A DNA stretch of 64,000 nt from Stegostoma tigrinum (taxonomy: Eukaryota): positions 10,870,822 through 10,934,821 of the forward strand of contig NC_081387.1 in the NCBI RefSeq assembly GCF_030684315.1, written 5' to 3'. The position numbers and the translations under genes were made by a program. Positions within the stretch are counted from its first letter, which is position 1. Each line of letters begins with the position of its first letter. Of this stretch, positions 1-13,390 are shown piece by piece. A model generated the notes under the pieces. That model made no database searches. It was not told the origin of the DNA and saw only the letters and a program-made list of their open reading frames with translations.

Positions 1-925
1 TCGGTATTGACGAAAATATCCGAGTAGGCAATACAGTTTCTTCATCACTATGTTTATCTTCGATCGGTGAGTTTTTATGTATCATCTTTTCAACTTCAGG
101 ATGTGGCCATTATTATGTATTCATTCGGTACTTCAATTACATATGAGTCATTCCTGGACATTTTTGACACTCATTTCCAATTCTGGTTTCTCCTCTAAAC
201 ATTTGATCTGCTGAAAGTACTTCTGTCCTCATTCTCCCTACATGTAACTTCTACATCATTCTATCCTTGGGATCCAATGCTGAGCAATTTTTCAACCCAG
301 CAATCTTGTTATTTTTGGTTCTGTTGCCACTGAAATTGCGAACGGGACGCCCTGATGACTCTATAAGAGCGGGCCGAGGGACACGAGGTTTGTATCACTG
401 TGCACACAGGACAGCAGACTGGACTCTGTGAATCGGTGTCACCAGTCCTAGTCAGAGAAAATTGATTAATCATTGTTCTCATTATTGATGTCAGGTTGGG
501 GCGGACTGCAGTAGTGGAGTGAGTGGACGCAGACAGGGTCCATGACATGAGACCACATAAGATGCTGAAAAGTCCAATTTAGCAATATTGATGTATCTGA
601 TGGAGAACAGACATACCACATTGAGATTTACACTTGTATCCTGACTGACAATAGATAGACTATACTCTGTCAGTATCACTGGGCCTGAGTGCGAACAGAC
701 GAAGCACCTTGTGTCTATGTCATTGCCTCTGGAGCAGAGCAGGCTACGTTGTTTCTTCTGCATGGAAGAGGTGGGAAAGCGCACCCAATATCTGCATTAT
801 TGAAACTCCAAAATCCTATGGGGTGACAGAGAGTTTGCTGTGAAGAATGACAGTATTTCTTGTACACAATGGTGAAGATATTAAATTAAAATTGATTTCT
901 GATGCCTTGAGTTCATCAATGGCTC

Positions 926-1825
926 TCATCGGAAAATATATTTTGCAATTTGAGAAAAGGGATATTTGACCACACTCTTCAACTGCTCTCTGAATTTAGT
1001 TTGGATTATGGCATAAATGCATGTATTTGTGCAGCAACTCAGTAGCTGAAGCATGTTTCCTAATCTGCCAACAAAATGAGGTGCAGTTGCAGACACACAA
1101 CCTGAAAACCATAAATGAGCCCACACTGAATATACAATATGTATTGCCCACAAAAATATGAAATTTCCTGAAATTGCAAATGGTAAAATAATAGAATTCA
1201 TTCGGTTCTCTATCCTGTGCCTCTGAAGCTCACTGTATTGCTCTGAGCCCGGAGTCTACTGCGTGCTTTATTGGAGACCAAAATGTGCCTGACAGTAAAA
1301 CCATTGAGCAGAAGAATCAGAACAAATGGGAGACATGGAGTTACAGTGCTTTGAAGCAGCTCGATTATTATCCGCTGCCATACATCAAAAACATCAAATG
1401 TTGTTTGACAAAACCAAGGTAAGTTCACAAGTAAATACCGGCCTGTGAATGAAAAGTACCACACCGTGTTTTTTAAAAAGCTCAACACAGTCACAGTTCC
1501 AAGAACCACAGCCACAGTTTCCTCTGTACAATACTTAGTTTTCAGTCTCTGGGAGCAAATTGCCACAAATCGACCAAACGTGAAAGTGACAGTGAACCAC
1601 ACCGAACAGTCTGTGGCTGCATAAATAAAACATGTGTGGATATTGCACACACGGAAGGATTTCAAAAAATTAAAGCGTTTCCAATAAACAATAGGAATCT
1701 GCCTCAAGATCAGGTCAGTGATAAGCACGATTAGATCTGCTGCTGCCATGGCCACCAGATAATGCCTTACACCTTCGGAGAGGCCACATTTCCCCGTGAT
1801 AAGATCCCAATCGTCACTGCGTTAA
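926..1825 (-). pseudogene. GPR139: GPR139/GPR142-like class A GPCR, exon 2, copy 1 (frameshifted)
   Basis: Near-identical to intact copies 2 and 3 but 900 nt versus 902 nt. There are 1-bp deletions near 1789 (cacatttcccc vs cacactttcccc) and near 1214 (tatcctg vs tatctctg), which split it into ORFs 1210-1755 and 926-1201. The acceptor tcttcctttcAG at 1827-1826 is intact. Confidence 0.9.
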
Positions 1826-4764
1826 CTGAAAGGAAGAGAGAAAAGAATAAGTATATTAATCACCTGCTCGATATAATGCTATGAGGTCCTCTGATTAATT
1901 ATAATATCCAAGGATATATATTAATAAATCTGTCATATTGTTAACTGCTGTAAACGGGACCTGAATTAAGTAAATTCTCAATTATATCGAAGTGTTTATT
2001 TCTGGGGATAAAACAAAATGGCTGAAAAGCATATTATAGATTCAATAAAATGATTGCAGTTCTGACAAATGTTTCCCTGTATTTGCAAATTAAAGAATAT
2101 TATTTTCATATATAATATAGTGCAGAAGAGGTAAACTGCAATCTGATGATGTGACATTGAGCTCAATGCTGCCAGCTTAGAGTGGAAGTTAAAATTCATA
2201 AAATTCAGAAAAGACATAAAATTGCATCAAGAGAAAATATTCTCCTTGAAGTCAGATGTCAGAAGAAAATGGACAAATTTCCTGTAGTTCGAAAAGATGC
2301 ATTATTGAATCAGCAAAATCTTTTTCATGCATAAAATGTTCCGTTCGACTTGCACCGGCTCATTGGTGGAGGCAGGAGCAGTGTGCACAGGATTAAGGAG
2401 AAAGCCGACTTTTATCCAAAATGGATGAACATTCTGCAATGCACAGACAGTAAAGGTAATGAGACCAATTTTACTAAATTAACTTATCATAACCTTATGT
2501 AAATAATGTCACTGATTGAAAACAGATTTCAAGTTTATTTTTTCAATGACGTGAGACATCTGAAGTTCTTTTTCCTGTTGACACGCAGCTATTGGGTATG
2601 TACATGAAGGAATGCACACAATAAAATACCGAAAAATTACCTACTTCAACAAAATAACATCTTGTATTTTTTTTTACAAGAAGGAGATAAAGTGAACAGC
2701 AAATTAGTGCTTCCACGATCTTACGGACTCCCTGACCTGTAAAATATTTTGGCGTTATATTACATCAAATCATTGATTGGAAAGGAGTACACGGAAAGTC
2801 GAAAGTAAATACTTTTCAAGGTAAAACACTTCTGTTATGATACCACATTATAGACAGTACGAAAAATCGGTGTGATATCAAGATGCTATCAAATGAGCTG
2901 ACTTCAGAAACATTAGAGTACGGCTCTCGACACACCCTGCACACGCTTGTCTTGATCAGAGAATCAAGTATCTGTTTCTTCAGATGGACATATTAACTGG
3001 TGAAACGTTGAAAATGCAATTCATTCCACTCAAAATATTAAAGCAAGTTCCGCCTGAGAATTATTCGCTAGATGTATTGTTGTAATCTTGCAACAACAGC
3101 AAAAGAATGGAATGCATTATTTAGGAATTCATGTCTGCTTCCAGAAGCTTACCAGCAACACCAATAGTACCAAGGAGAGGACAGTAAATCTTTTCTATTT
3201 CAAAAATGAAGAAAAGTATCTCGTACAACACCCGAGAACTCTTCTTTTATCCTTACACTCTCTGAAAAGCCGTTTGTCATTATTCATGCTGGTCACATTG
3301 AAACATGCTTTATAAATAGAAGTGGAAATCTCTTTGGTGATTGTGATAGAATTCTTGTAGGCTTGCATTAATTTGCGTTCATGTTGTAAAACAACATGAG
3401 ACAATTCAAACAAAATAATCACGATGGATTTATGATGATAAAATTTATTAAAAACACAAAAAAGTCTGAAAACTAAAACCGTTTCAGTTGAGATTCTACG
3501 GAGAGTACGAAGGGAGCACAGACAGGGGTTTGGTGGAAGGACTGACAACGATATTACTTCTTGTCTATTCACAGAATAACTCCTGGGCTGTGGGATATCT
3601 GCAACGACATTCCAATTTCAATGGCTGGCTTACCATCCTGAGAAATCATTCCAGAGGCTGACAGTGTCAAGATCACAACCAAAAATGAACGTCAGCTCAG
3701 ATCTAATGGTTGGTTATACGGTAAGAATATTGTTTACCGAGGATGATGCAATGGAAAGATGTATTTAATTGGCAGTTATGATCATGAGCCCTGTATTGGG
3801 GCAAAAGGAAGGGAACAAAACCTAGAATAATGTCATCCAGCCCAGCCCTATTGAGATGGAACTACTCCATATTCTGTTCCAATTCCATATCTCTCTCCTT
3901 CATATCCAATACGTTGCTGTGGCACATCTCAGTAGAATAGAAAAAACACCCCATCTGAGCCCAGGTGTTTCATTTCTCAAGCATTCTCCATCTGCTAATC
4001 CAGCAATTGCATTGATTGGAATGGGGTGGTGGTATTATCTGGACATTAAATCCTTGTGAAATGCCCTACCAGCAAATAATTGTGCAGTAAATGATGCAAA
4101 GTAGCTACGGGGCACATTTTCTGGTGAACCACTTCTCACCATCGCCCAGACGCAGCAGGATGTCAAAATACAAAACAAAGGTTCCATATTCTAAAATTAA
4201 CTCCCTATCTCAACCACCCAACCCCTCACACGACCAGGAAAATTCCAGAAACAGAATGAGTTCTGTATTGGTGAGTTCCCTTCATTATCCAGCACAAACC
4301 ATCCCCAAACACCCCGCCCAATGTGCATCTCACCAACAACACTACACCCCTTCCCGCACAAAGCACTCACACATGCACACAGCAACATTTGTCGATCCCA
4401 AACTCACTCCTCCAACTGTGCATTAGCATTGTCTGCTTTGGAGAGTCACTGACTAGTTCCAGCTAAGAAATCTGAGCTTCAGTTGATTAACATCCCAGTA
4501 ATGTCAAATGTTTCTTATTTGAATGTGAAAGTCTTCAGAGCCACACTGGGCACTCTCATAACAAGGAGACAACTCTCTGCTGAGTTTTTTCAGGGTCACT
4601 TTCATTGTGAACCCAGGACAGGAAATGAGACCACAATCCTGACAACTCATCCAACCAAACAGCTAACTGAGCTAACCGACACTTAACTGTCCCGTTGGCT
4701 GATCGAAAAAAAGGTTTCCTTGTTCGTTTTCCAAACCTATCATGAGGAAAAGTTGAAAGTATCT

Positions 4765-5895
4765 GATTCACTTTGGGACAGCATGGTATCGACGTGGCTG
4801 TAGACAGCAGACCAAGTAGCATCAGAGGAGCAGGAAATCTGACGTTTTGGGTCATGGCCCTTCTTCAGAAATCGGAGAGGGGAAGGGAATTCTGAAACAA
4901 ATAGGGAGAGAGTGGAAGGTGGATAGAAGATGGATGAAGCAGAAGATTGGTGGAGAGGAGATAGACAGGTCAAAGAGGTTGGGTTGATGTCAGTGAAGGT
5001 GAATGTACTGGGGATTTAGGGAGGGGATAGGTCGGTCCACGGAGGACGGACAGGTCAAGGCGGCAGAATGGCGTTTGTGGGTAGAAGATGGGTATGGGGC
5101 TTGAGGTGGGAGGAATGGCTAGAGAGGCTGGGAGTAACTCAGCTGCTTTTGGGAAGCAGTAGTGGGAGGGGAGATTTTGAAATATGAGATACTGCTCCTG
5201 CAGCTTTCCGGCAGTGTCATTGTGGCACTGAGCATAGCAGTTCCTCCTATCTCTGCAGCAATTTTAATGCCAGTGCAAAGCCTCTTCTAAGGATGCTTGC
5301 AAAATATCTACAGTCAGTTTGCAAGAAATAACTACACCTCCCAGTCGGGAACCATTTCAAATCCCGCTCCCAATCCTTGGACGACATGTCCATCCTGGGC
5401 CTCCTGCATTGGCACAGTGACACTACCCAAAACCTGCAGTTTCAGCATTTCAGATTTTGCTTGAGAAACCAACAGCTTGAGGGTATCAATGTAGAATTCA
5501 CAAGTGTCAAAATCTCCCCGAAACCGACTGTATCCCAAAACAAGCTCGACCCCCGTTTCCTACCTAACTACTCACCTCATCCTGCATTCTTGAACAGTCT
5601 GTACACTCTGGATCAACAGGACCCCTCCCTAACTCCCCACCTACATTTGCTTTCACTGGCTCCAATCCCGCCTCTCTGACCCATCCGTCACCTCTCACCC
5701 TAGCTTCTCCTTCATCCCTCTTCAATCCGTCTCCCCCTCCATACCTCATTATTTCAGAATCCCCTACCCCTCCCACATTTCTGAAGAAGTATCTCAACCC
5801 AAAACATCAATCAGCTTTCCTCCTCTCTGATGTTGCTTGGCCTGCTGCGTACATCCAGCTCGACACCTTGTTATCACAGATTCTCCAGCAGTTCC
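4765..5895. mobile_element. Penelope-like retroelement relic: inverted pair of 3' ends (minus arm ~4765-5230, plus arm ~5310-5895)
   Basis: The plus arm encodes a decayed GIY-YIG C-terminus (DDMSILGLLHWHSD..FCLRNQQLEGINVEF) followed by a pyrimidine-rich UTR and the tail gatgttgcttggcctgctgcgtacatccagc. The minus arm is the reverse complement of the same UTR and tail. Confidence 0.8.
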
Positions 5896-7929
5896 TATTA
5901 TCTCTGCCACTTGTGGATTTGCTGGTGATCTGTCCTCCCTTAGAGATCCAGCTCGAGACCATGCTGCCTCATTTTAGAGAATATCAGACCAAACCTGGCA
6001 GTCAATCAAATAATTGGAAGGGAATTGGTGGAAGTTTTCAGGAAGGAGGGCCTCAGGGAAGTGGGCATGCTGCCAACAGGCATCAAACAAATATATTCGT
6101 TTTGATTTCCACTCAGCAACCTCACAGGGAGGAAGTCACTGCTGCGTGGAAATCAACCATCAGAGGCCCAGATCCTTGTTCCATTCATTGATAGTTCTCA
6201 GCAATGACTGCAGACATTTCATGATGTTAAAGCTGTGGGGAAAGAATGTGGGCAGTCGAGGAAGATTTATCAACAGGAGAAGGGAGATGTCATCTAATAT
6301 TTATTTTTCGCCCCCACCCCTGACAGAAAGTCACTCATCCTGTCACCAAATACCTTTTGAATTGTGAAGCCCAGAGAATAGTACCTGAAGTCACACTGGG
6401 TTCAATTCTTATATTCCCCACGTCGCTATACAAGTATAGATGACTGAGGATTCAAACACCTATCACCCACCCATTAAAAACCTCACGCACACCCACAAAC
6501 CCTGCCGTTTCTGAATACAACATGGAATGAGGTAGATCAATCTGACCAATGCCAATTTCTGGGAATTTACATCCCCACACGCTCTGGATTATGATTCCAG
6601 GATGTGCACTCTATTCATGAGTTCTCAGTTTTGTGTCCCTGATCATTTCTGAGCAGGAGTGTTTGAGCCAGTAGCTTCACAGTCATGTGGGATTTCTCTC
6701 TTTGTTTCGAAGCACAAACAGACGAAACATGTTGATTTCTCTGGTAATGTATTTTACTTGCAACTAACATCAAAGTACGCGATGTTCGAATAACAGTTAT
6801 GTTTCAACTACAAGCCAATATCATCGAAAAGTTTGTATTATCGACATTTATGTTCCTATCTGGATCATAAACATGCGTTTGTTCTGTATTTTTAATACAT
6901 TCTGTATTTTGTTGCTTTGCTCTCTCCACTGTGAAGCTGTCTTACACTTTAGGTGCAGTGGAGCTGTGTTTTGCTAATCTGAATATTATTCGTTCATAAG
7001 CAACTGCTGTGTTCTATGATTCGGGATTCATTTAAATTTTGGTGGGAAATAACTCTGCTATTGACTTAATCAATCAACTAAACACACAGAGAACAAAAAC
7101 AAGGTTGATAGCTGGCACAACACAATGAAATGTCAGGAACATGGACCAGCACTTTGTCACAGTATCCAAGTTTCATTCCAGACCTTCAGGCTCTTTGTGA
7201 CAGTCAGAGCATTTCCAATATTCCACGGGTTCCAACTGCACACATTTTACACAAATATGGTGGATTATTATCAATAAATGAATGCTTAATTCGATGGTCT
7301 TATGTTCTTATTCAAGTGAGGATTATTTTCATGCTAGTGAAGATTAGTAATTCATTTGAGGAGCCAATCAGATGCATTGACATCAGGCTAATCCCACATG
7401 ACTGTGAACAATTAGGAGAGCTCTTCTTTTAATTTCCAAAGTCTCTTTCTGAAATAAGGAATTAGCTATTATCAAAATACCTAAATGACATTTGCTATAA
7501 ACATTCAAAGAGTGTACGATGATGAGAATGTCATGTCATTTACTGATTTGAAGATAGTGTATCTGTTCTGTTGCACTTTAGGAAGGCAGTGATATCTTGT
7601 TAATGTGCACAGTAGCGTCAAATGCAACATTCTCACAGAACAACTTTATGCTGTATTCGATGATGCTTAAATAATGGGTAAGTTTACCATCTCATTCCTT
7701 CAAAAATGTACTCTAATAAGCAGCATCAATTTTACCAACAGGAAGCATATATATATATATCAGTTGTTATGTTTAAAACGTCATTCAGATCTTACATATA
7801 AGTGTCAACTTGAAACATAATCTGGTACAATTAAACTAAAATCCTGCTGTACATTTGAATATAAATGAAGGAAAATCAAGTCAACGATATTTCTGAAAAG
7901 TGCACAAAATTATACTTGTAGCTTTTCTT

Positions 7930-9345
7930 TCATTTTGTTGTACCGATAATTTTGTACTTGCATGAGAGAAGATTCTTGAAGGTTTTCTTGAAGATGGTAT
8001 TGCACAGAGCATAACAGACTGGGTTGATGGTGCTGTTGATGTAACAGAGCCAATATCCAATGGTCCACATTGTGTCAGGGATACAAATTGAGCAGAAAGT
8101 GCTCAACACCATCATGACATAGTACGGTGTTCCAGTAATGATGGATGCAAGGATGATAGCTAGTATGGTTCTGGTTACCTGATGCTCTCGAGATTTAGAA
8201 ACCTTCTTCGATGTAGTCCTTTTTATGTTAACTAAATTATGGCCTGTTCTGATCATTGGGACATTCCTTTTAATCCTGCTGATATTTGGGAGTATTCCTG
8301 CTGTGTTGCCACAGTCCACATCTTTTTCAAATTTACAAATTCCCTTCGTTGAGAAGCAATTGGTGTTGTCAATCCGAAAATAATTTTGTGCCACATAAAC
8401 ACTTGTTTTGCCTTGGATTGCTTCTTCCTGATTCTCATTCGCAGGCAACGCACTGAGATAAGTTGAATCATTAGTGAGCTCATCTTGATGACTTTGGTCA
8501 TAGCCATCAGCTGTCAATTGATCGGGTATTTTGCCACTTTGCGCTCGATCATGCAGAGGCACAACAGGAATTGTTGGAATTCTGTTATTATTTGCTTTTA
8601 CTTTTTTACCTTTCACTGGGCTAGAAGAAACTGTGGAATTACTTGTTTCAGGTGCTGTTTTATACTGTTTAATTCGGCATTTGCTTGCACGAGATATGAA
8701 TGTATACAAAGTCACCATGATTATAGCAGGGAGATAGAAAGAAGCTGTACCGATACTGAGAGTGACAGCTGGATTTGAGAAGAACTGTACATAACACTCA
8801 CCTTCGTTAACTGTCCGCTCCCCTCCGATGTACTGCCAGAAGATAATCGGCGGCACCCACAGGATAAATGGCAATCCCCAAGCAGCTGCAATCATCATCA
8901 AGACCATCTTCAGTCTTTCCTTCAAAGGGTAGTGAACCGGCTTTGTCACGCAGAAGTAGTGATCAAGGCTGATCATAAGGTGGTTCAAGGAAGAGGCATA
9001 GCTGACAACATAATCTACAGCAAGCCATAAATCACATACCATTGGACCCAGAGGGCACTTTCCAACCACAATGTAAACGGTGTATAGGTTCATAGAGAAT
9101 GCACCAATAATGAAATCCGCACAGGCTAAGCTGAAAATAAAGTAGTTATTAATAGTTCGCAAATGTCTGTTGTCTTTGATAGATACTAGGATCAGAAAGT
9201 TTCCAACAATGGTCACCAAACTTAAAGATCCTGCTGCAATAACAATGAAGACCATTCCCACTGTATTACTGGAACTCCCTCCTGCAACATCAAGCAAACC
9301 ATTAGTGCTGCTGTGAGATTCATTTGTCTCCAGAACATTGGTCAT
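7930..9345 (-). CDS. CHRM2: Muscarinic acetylcholine receptor M2-like, copy 1 (471 aa; open frame but several damaging substitutions, possibly non-functional)
   Basis: Colinear with vertebrate M2: GSLSLVTIVGN, NNYFIFSLACAD, DYVVS, GECYVQFFSN, FYLP, long ICL3, WTIGYWLCYINSTINPVCYALCN..FKKTF. True ATG at 9345 (MTNVLETNES), preceded by a splice acceptor ttttatgcatttAG at 9378-9377. The ORF-track extension upstream is intron/UTR. Confidence 0.93.
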   Translation of the reverse strand: MTNVLETNESHSSTNGLLDVAGGSSSNTVGMVFIVIAAGSLSLVTIVGNFLILVSIKDNRHLRTINNYFIFSLACADFIIGAFSMNLYTVYIVVGKCPLGPMVCDLWLAVDYVVSYASSLNHLMISLDHYFCVTKPVHYPLKERLKMVLMMIAAAWGLPFILWVPPIIFWQYIGGERTVNEGECYVQFFSNPAVTLSIGTASFYLPAIIMVTLYTFISRASKCRIKQYKTAPETSNSTVSSSPVKGKKVKANNNRIPTIPVVPLHDRAQSGKIPDQLTADGYDQSHQDELTNDSTYLSALPANENQEEAIQGKTSVYVAQNYFRIDNTNCFSTKGICKFEKDVDCGNTAGILPNISRIKRNVPMIRTGHNLVNIKRTTSKKVSKSREHQVTRTILAIILASIITGTPYYVMMVLSTFCSICIPDTMWTIGYWLCYINSTINPVCYALCNTIFKKTFKNLLSCKYKIIGTTK

Positions 9346-10639
9346 CCTTTTGTCGTGATGCACAGATATCAAATCCCTAAATGCATAAAAGAAAGGAAAG
9401 ATTGAAAGAAATTGTAACTTCACAGTGCTGTGTTTATGGCTGTTCTGAAATTTCTAACATCAAGAGGACCAAAAGTAGTCTCCACATATTAACTTCATTG
9501 TCTTCGCAAAGCGACACACTATTTGGTTTGAAATTGTCTAGGAAATCACTATATTAAAAATTATCTAACACAGTCAAATACTTTTATTGAACTGAGTGAA
9601 GATGTGCTTGGTAACAAAGCAAACGTCTAGCTCAGAACCAGTCTGAAATAACCCCAAGCAGGCTGTGTGCTGTCATCCTGAATTGACATGCACCCAATAC
9701 ATGATGGTGTTCTAGCTCCCTGAGATCCATCTTCTCGGGTGAACAGGACCCCACTCTCCTGTTTATATCCATCATCCAGGACTCCTGCATCCTGCAAGTT
9801 GGTCTCCTGGCCGGGCATGGCGGAGGCTGAGCACCGTGCGGCAGTCTCTCAGCGGCCTTTGGTCCAATGTGGCCTCAGCGTGAACTTCATTCCTCCAGGT
9901 GATCACAGAGGGGTCTCCCGGCGTTGCCAGCCTCCAGATGAATCCCAGCGCATCCTGGAGTCAACGTTCAGTGGGGACTGGAAGGTCAGTGGGAGTTTGG
10001 ACTGGGTTTGAAGGACTCTTTTGCTGAACATTTTTAATTCTCTCTCTTGTTTAAAATTTATTCCTATGATCTCTAATACTGGATTTTTTATTTCATTATT
10101 TTCCTGCCATGCCACCACCCCGGCCCCCGCCAAAACTTGTACTGAACCATCTGTAACTATTTACCTTTGTACGTCAGATGGTCCTATAAGAGGCGATTTG
10201 TAAGCTTTTGCTGGAGACTTTTGAGTGCATGTTGCAACAAAGCTAAATCTAATTCAAGATTAGACCAGTCCCAATCTGGGAACTGACATTCTATGTTATC
10301 AACCTCGTTGACTCCATTAAAATCACGACATCCTTCCCACTCTGACTCCTGGCTTGTGTGATACTTTCATTCCAGTCCCAGATCCTCTGACTCTGCCTCA
10401 GATACGGGCCAATGTGTACCAGACCATGGACTATGCTTTGCGCTGGGAGCACATCAGGAAAATGCATCCATTTTCTCAAGCAGTGATGGTGTTGAAGCTC
10501 CATCACCTGTTGTGTCCCATCTCAGACTCGGAGGTTCCTTATGACGCGAGGTGGAAGGAGGTATCCACGGGCTCTCACAAACTCGCCGGATATTCTGAAA
10601 GGGCAGGGATGTTGCTGCCTCGTTTATGAGGTTGCAGCT

Positions 10640-11330
10640 TTCTTGTGGTCCAAGTTTCAATATCCCAGGAATTGGTCCACCCTCCTCACACCATCTTTTC
10701 ATCCACAGGTTTATCTTACATGTGGTACTGTTTCTACGCTGACCAGCTTGTTGCTCTGGAAGTAGTCCTGACATAACCACCTTTGAGCGCCTGCATTTCA
10801 ACTTTCTTCGTAGGTCTCTATAATCTGCTTTCAGTGCCCATCCTTTCGGGTTAACCGGTGTCATTTGCACCAACATGTACCACAACCAGTAGCTGTTCAC
10901 CCTCCCGACACAGAATGTCCTGCAACCACTTCAAGACATCCAGGACCCGGCAACAGGGAGGGAACACACCATTCTGGACTTCCATTTCACAAAAACTCCC
11001 TTTATAATTGAATCCCCAATTACTATTGATTTCTGTGCTCAAACTCCCTCCCACGACAACAGAGACAAACATACTCCCATGACGTTTGCTGCTACCGTTG
11101 TCCCCTGGATGCCATTCCTCTCAACAGTTTCCGAAATTGTATATCTGTTTCTCAGGGGAATAGCCACAGGAGACCCCTGAACTGCCTGCTTAGCCCTCTT
11201 GTCTAGAGTCACACATAACCCCTCCTGCCAGTGGGGTCTGAGCCTGCAGTGTTACCACCTCTCTATATGTGCCATTCGTAATAATCTCCACCTCAAAAAT
11301 GCCCCACCGTGTCCCCAGGCGCTGGTCCAG
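10640..11330 (-). mobile_element. CR1-type LINE ORF1 relic (SGNH esterase domain)
   Basis: Frameshifted pieces LVVVHVGANDT and DYRDLRRKLK.RRSKVVMSGLLP..KINLWMKRWCEEGG resemble the esterase domain of CR1 ORF1p. Confidence 0.75.
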
Positions 11331-12179
11331 GTACATTTAGCGAAATTACATTTTGGTTCTACAATTATTCAACAGTTGAAGGAAAGGATATTCACTCCTT
11401 TGATTCTTTTATGTTGTTATAACTGTTGCCCGTGACAGAATTGACTTAAAATGGCTACCAGCGATTTTTTCTGTAAAGCCTTGCCCCTTTAAATTAATTA
11501 GTCCTTACAATGTCAAATACATTTAATACTAAATTGTATCTGATGATGCTCTCTGCTCCACTGACAATTTCTTTAAAAGTATCTAAAACTCACCAACATA
11601 GTTTCCAGAGCTGTTTTACGCCACGCTTCTTTGCTGCGGAAGTTCCTCTCAAATTGTTCTCTCTCCTCTCCTCTGAACTTTGCCTCACTTTTGATTTGGT
11701 AATCAGACGAAGGAGGGATAGAAACATTACAGTAACGAAATCTTTGGGGCTGACCGTTCCTCAGCAGCATGTTCTCCCACGATGCCTTTCTGACTGCGAA
11801 ATCCATTCCCAGAATTAAAATACTCAATCGCAAAGCATGCTCTGTTTGGCTGCCAAGATCGTCCTGAAAGCTTCCAAGTATTTCATTCGGACTTTAGACA
11901 GTTCGCCATTTTTCATCAAAAAAGTGTTGAGTCAATCAGCTTGCATCTCTCTAAAGCTATTTCGCCCTTCAGTTTTGGGTGTGAGCCTGTTATTTCAATC
12001 CGTGGTAACTGAACCAATTGCTTCTCACAAGACAGCAGAACTGATGTTATGGTTAGTTAATTACTAATGGTTGGCGTTCCCCAATACAGGTTCTCAGCCT
12101 GGCTGAGGTCCTAAGCAAACTGACGGTTTGGAGTTCAGAGAGAATTTTGGTAATGACTGGTTCCACAGTAACTGATACA

Positions 12180-13390
12180 ATATCAACCTCGATTAGAACC
12201 AGGTGATCATTTAATCAGATATTTATTTTGATTGGTTCTGATTTGGATGTTGTGAAGCAGTTTGCCTGTTCCAAACTAAATACTGGTGCATTTTCCAAGG
12301 CGTGCAGTCTCCTGAATCCTAGCCAATGCATTCTCTTACTAAATTCAGTCCTAGTGGGACTCATTTCTGTCTCAAGTCCACATACAGGTAGCAATTAAAA
12401 TGGCCTGCTGACCTGGATCCTTGAGAAAATGGTAACCATTTGACCGTGGCGTGCCTTTGTTTTGGGGTTTTGCTGTGGGGGTTGACCTCGAGTCACTCTG
12501 ATCAGGATATCTCCTGAGTGAGGCTGTGCAATTGCTCTTACCCAAGTGATGTTTTCACAGGTCCCTCAGCCTGACAAGGATGTCCACATGCGTCAGAGTG
12601 CTTTGTAACTCATAAACATCACTTGCTGCATTTTCTAATGACAAAGCCAGTTGTAGTGGCCATTTGAAACCTAGTTGGGCTTCATCCACATGCGAACACA
12701 TCATAATTCCACAACCAAATGGTCTCTCAGCATCTGACTGAGGGTTAAGCCAAAATCACATGCCTGTGACAGCCATCCTAACCATGGCAAAAATCCTGAC
12801 ATAGATTACACTGGATCTCAAACTGCAATATAAAATCAACAGCATCTCAGAATTAGAGGAGGCTTGGGGTCATATTATTCTTTTACAAAATCTGTCAATT
12901 TTTGAAAGGTTTATGCATCTGGTGCCTCAAGAAACATTAGGATCTTCATACTGAAATAAGCTGCTGGCCCACAAGCTGCATACACAATTACTCAGTCCTT
13001 TTCAACTGCCACAAAGTCATTTGCCTTGAAAAATAAAGCATTCTTTCCACATACTGGGCCCTGACGTCAATGGCAAGATCAAATGTGTCAAGCATCTGAA
13101 ATGGCAATATGACTCCAGAAATGCTAACCTGAACTCAAACACAGCTGTTCCGAATGAATCCCTTCAGGAGGGTGTTTCTCCCACATCACCACTGAAGTAA
13201 CTCGACAGAGGCCAGTATCGCATCACCAAGTCACCGTTTAGTCACACATGCAGTCTGCCTGACACTGATCCAGTTGGCTCAGAGTTGGCTCTCAGAACTC
13301 TTGATACTTCTGTTTATGTTTGATACTTCTGTCAGCCAGGGCTCCTGATTAAATGAGGTTAACAACCCCACTCAGGGAGCTTGACACATA
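12180..13390 (-). mobile_element. Ty3/gypsy LTR retrotransposon relic (LTR remnant ~13195-13390 plus decayed gag)
   Basis: The minus strand gives decayed gag-like text (QYVERML..ACGPAA..PKPPLILR..CDFGLTL..MLRDHLVCGI..EAQL.FK..LQLALSLENA) with many stops. Boundaries are approximate. Confidence 0.6.

Noticed and set aside
1-850. Minus-strand ORFs downstream of the GPR139-like stop (including a ..RRFSSILKELRIL* like ending in units 2 and 3)
   Set aside because: No coherent frame or recognisable homology; probably 3'UTR or intergenic.
8485-8778. Cys-rich antisense ORF over the M2-like gene, repeated in all units
   Set aside because: Shadow frame of the real CDS; it recurs only because of the duplication.
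9346-9423. 26-aa N-terminal extension of the M2-like ORFs (MKLQFLSIFPFF...), also in copies 2 and 3
   Set aside because: It starts at GTG and translates the polypyrimidine tract and acceptor. The real start is the ATG of MTNV.
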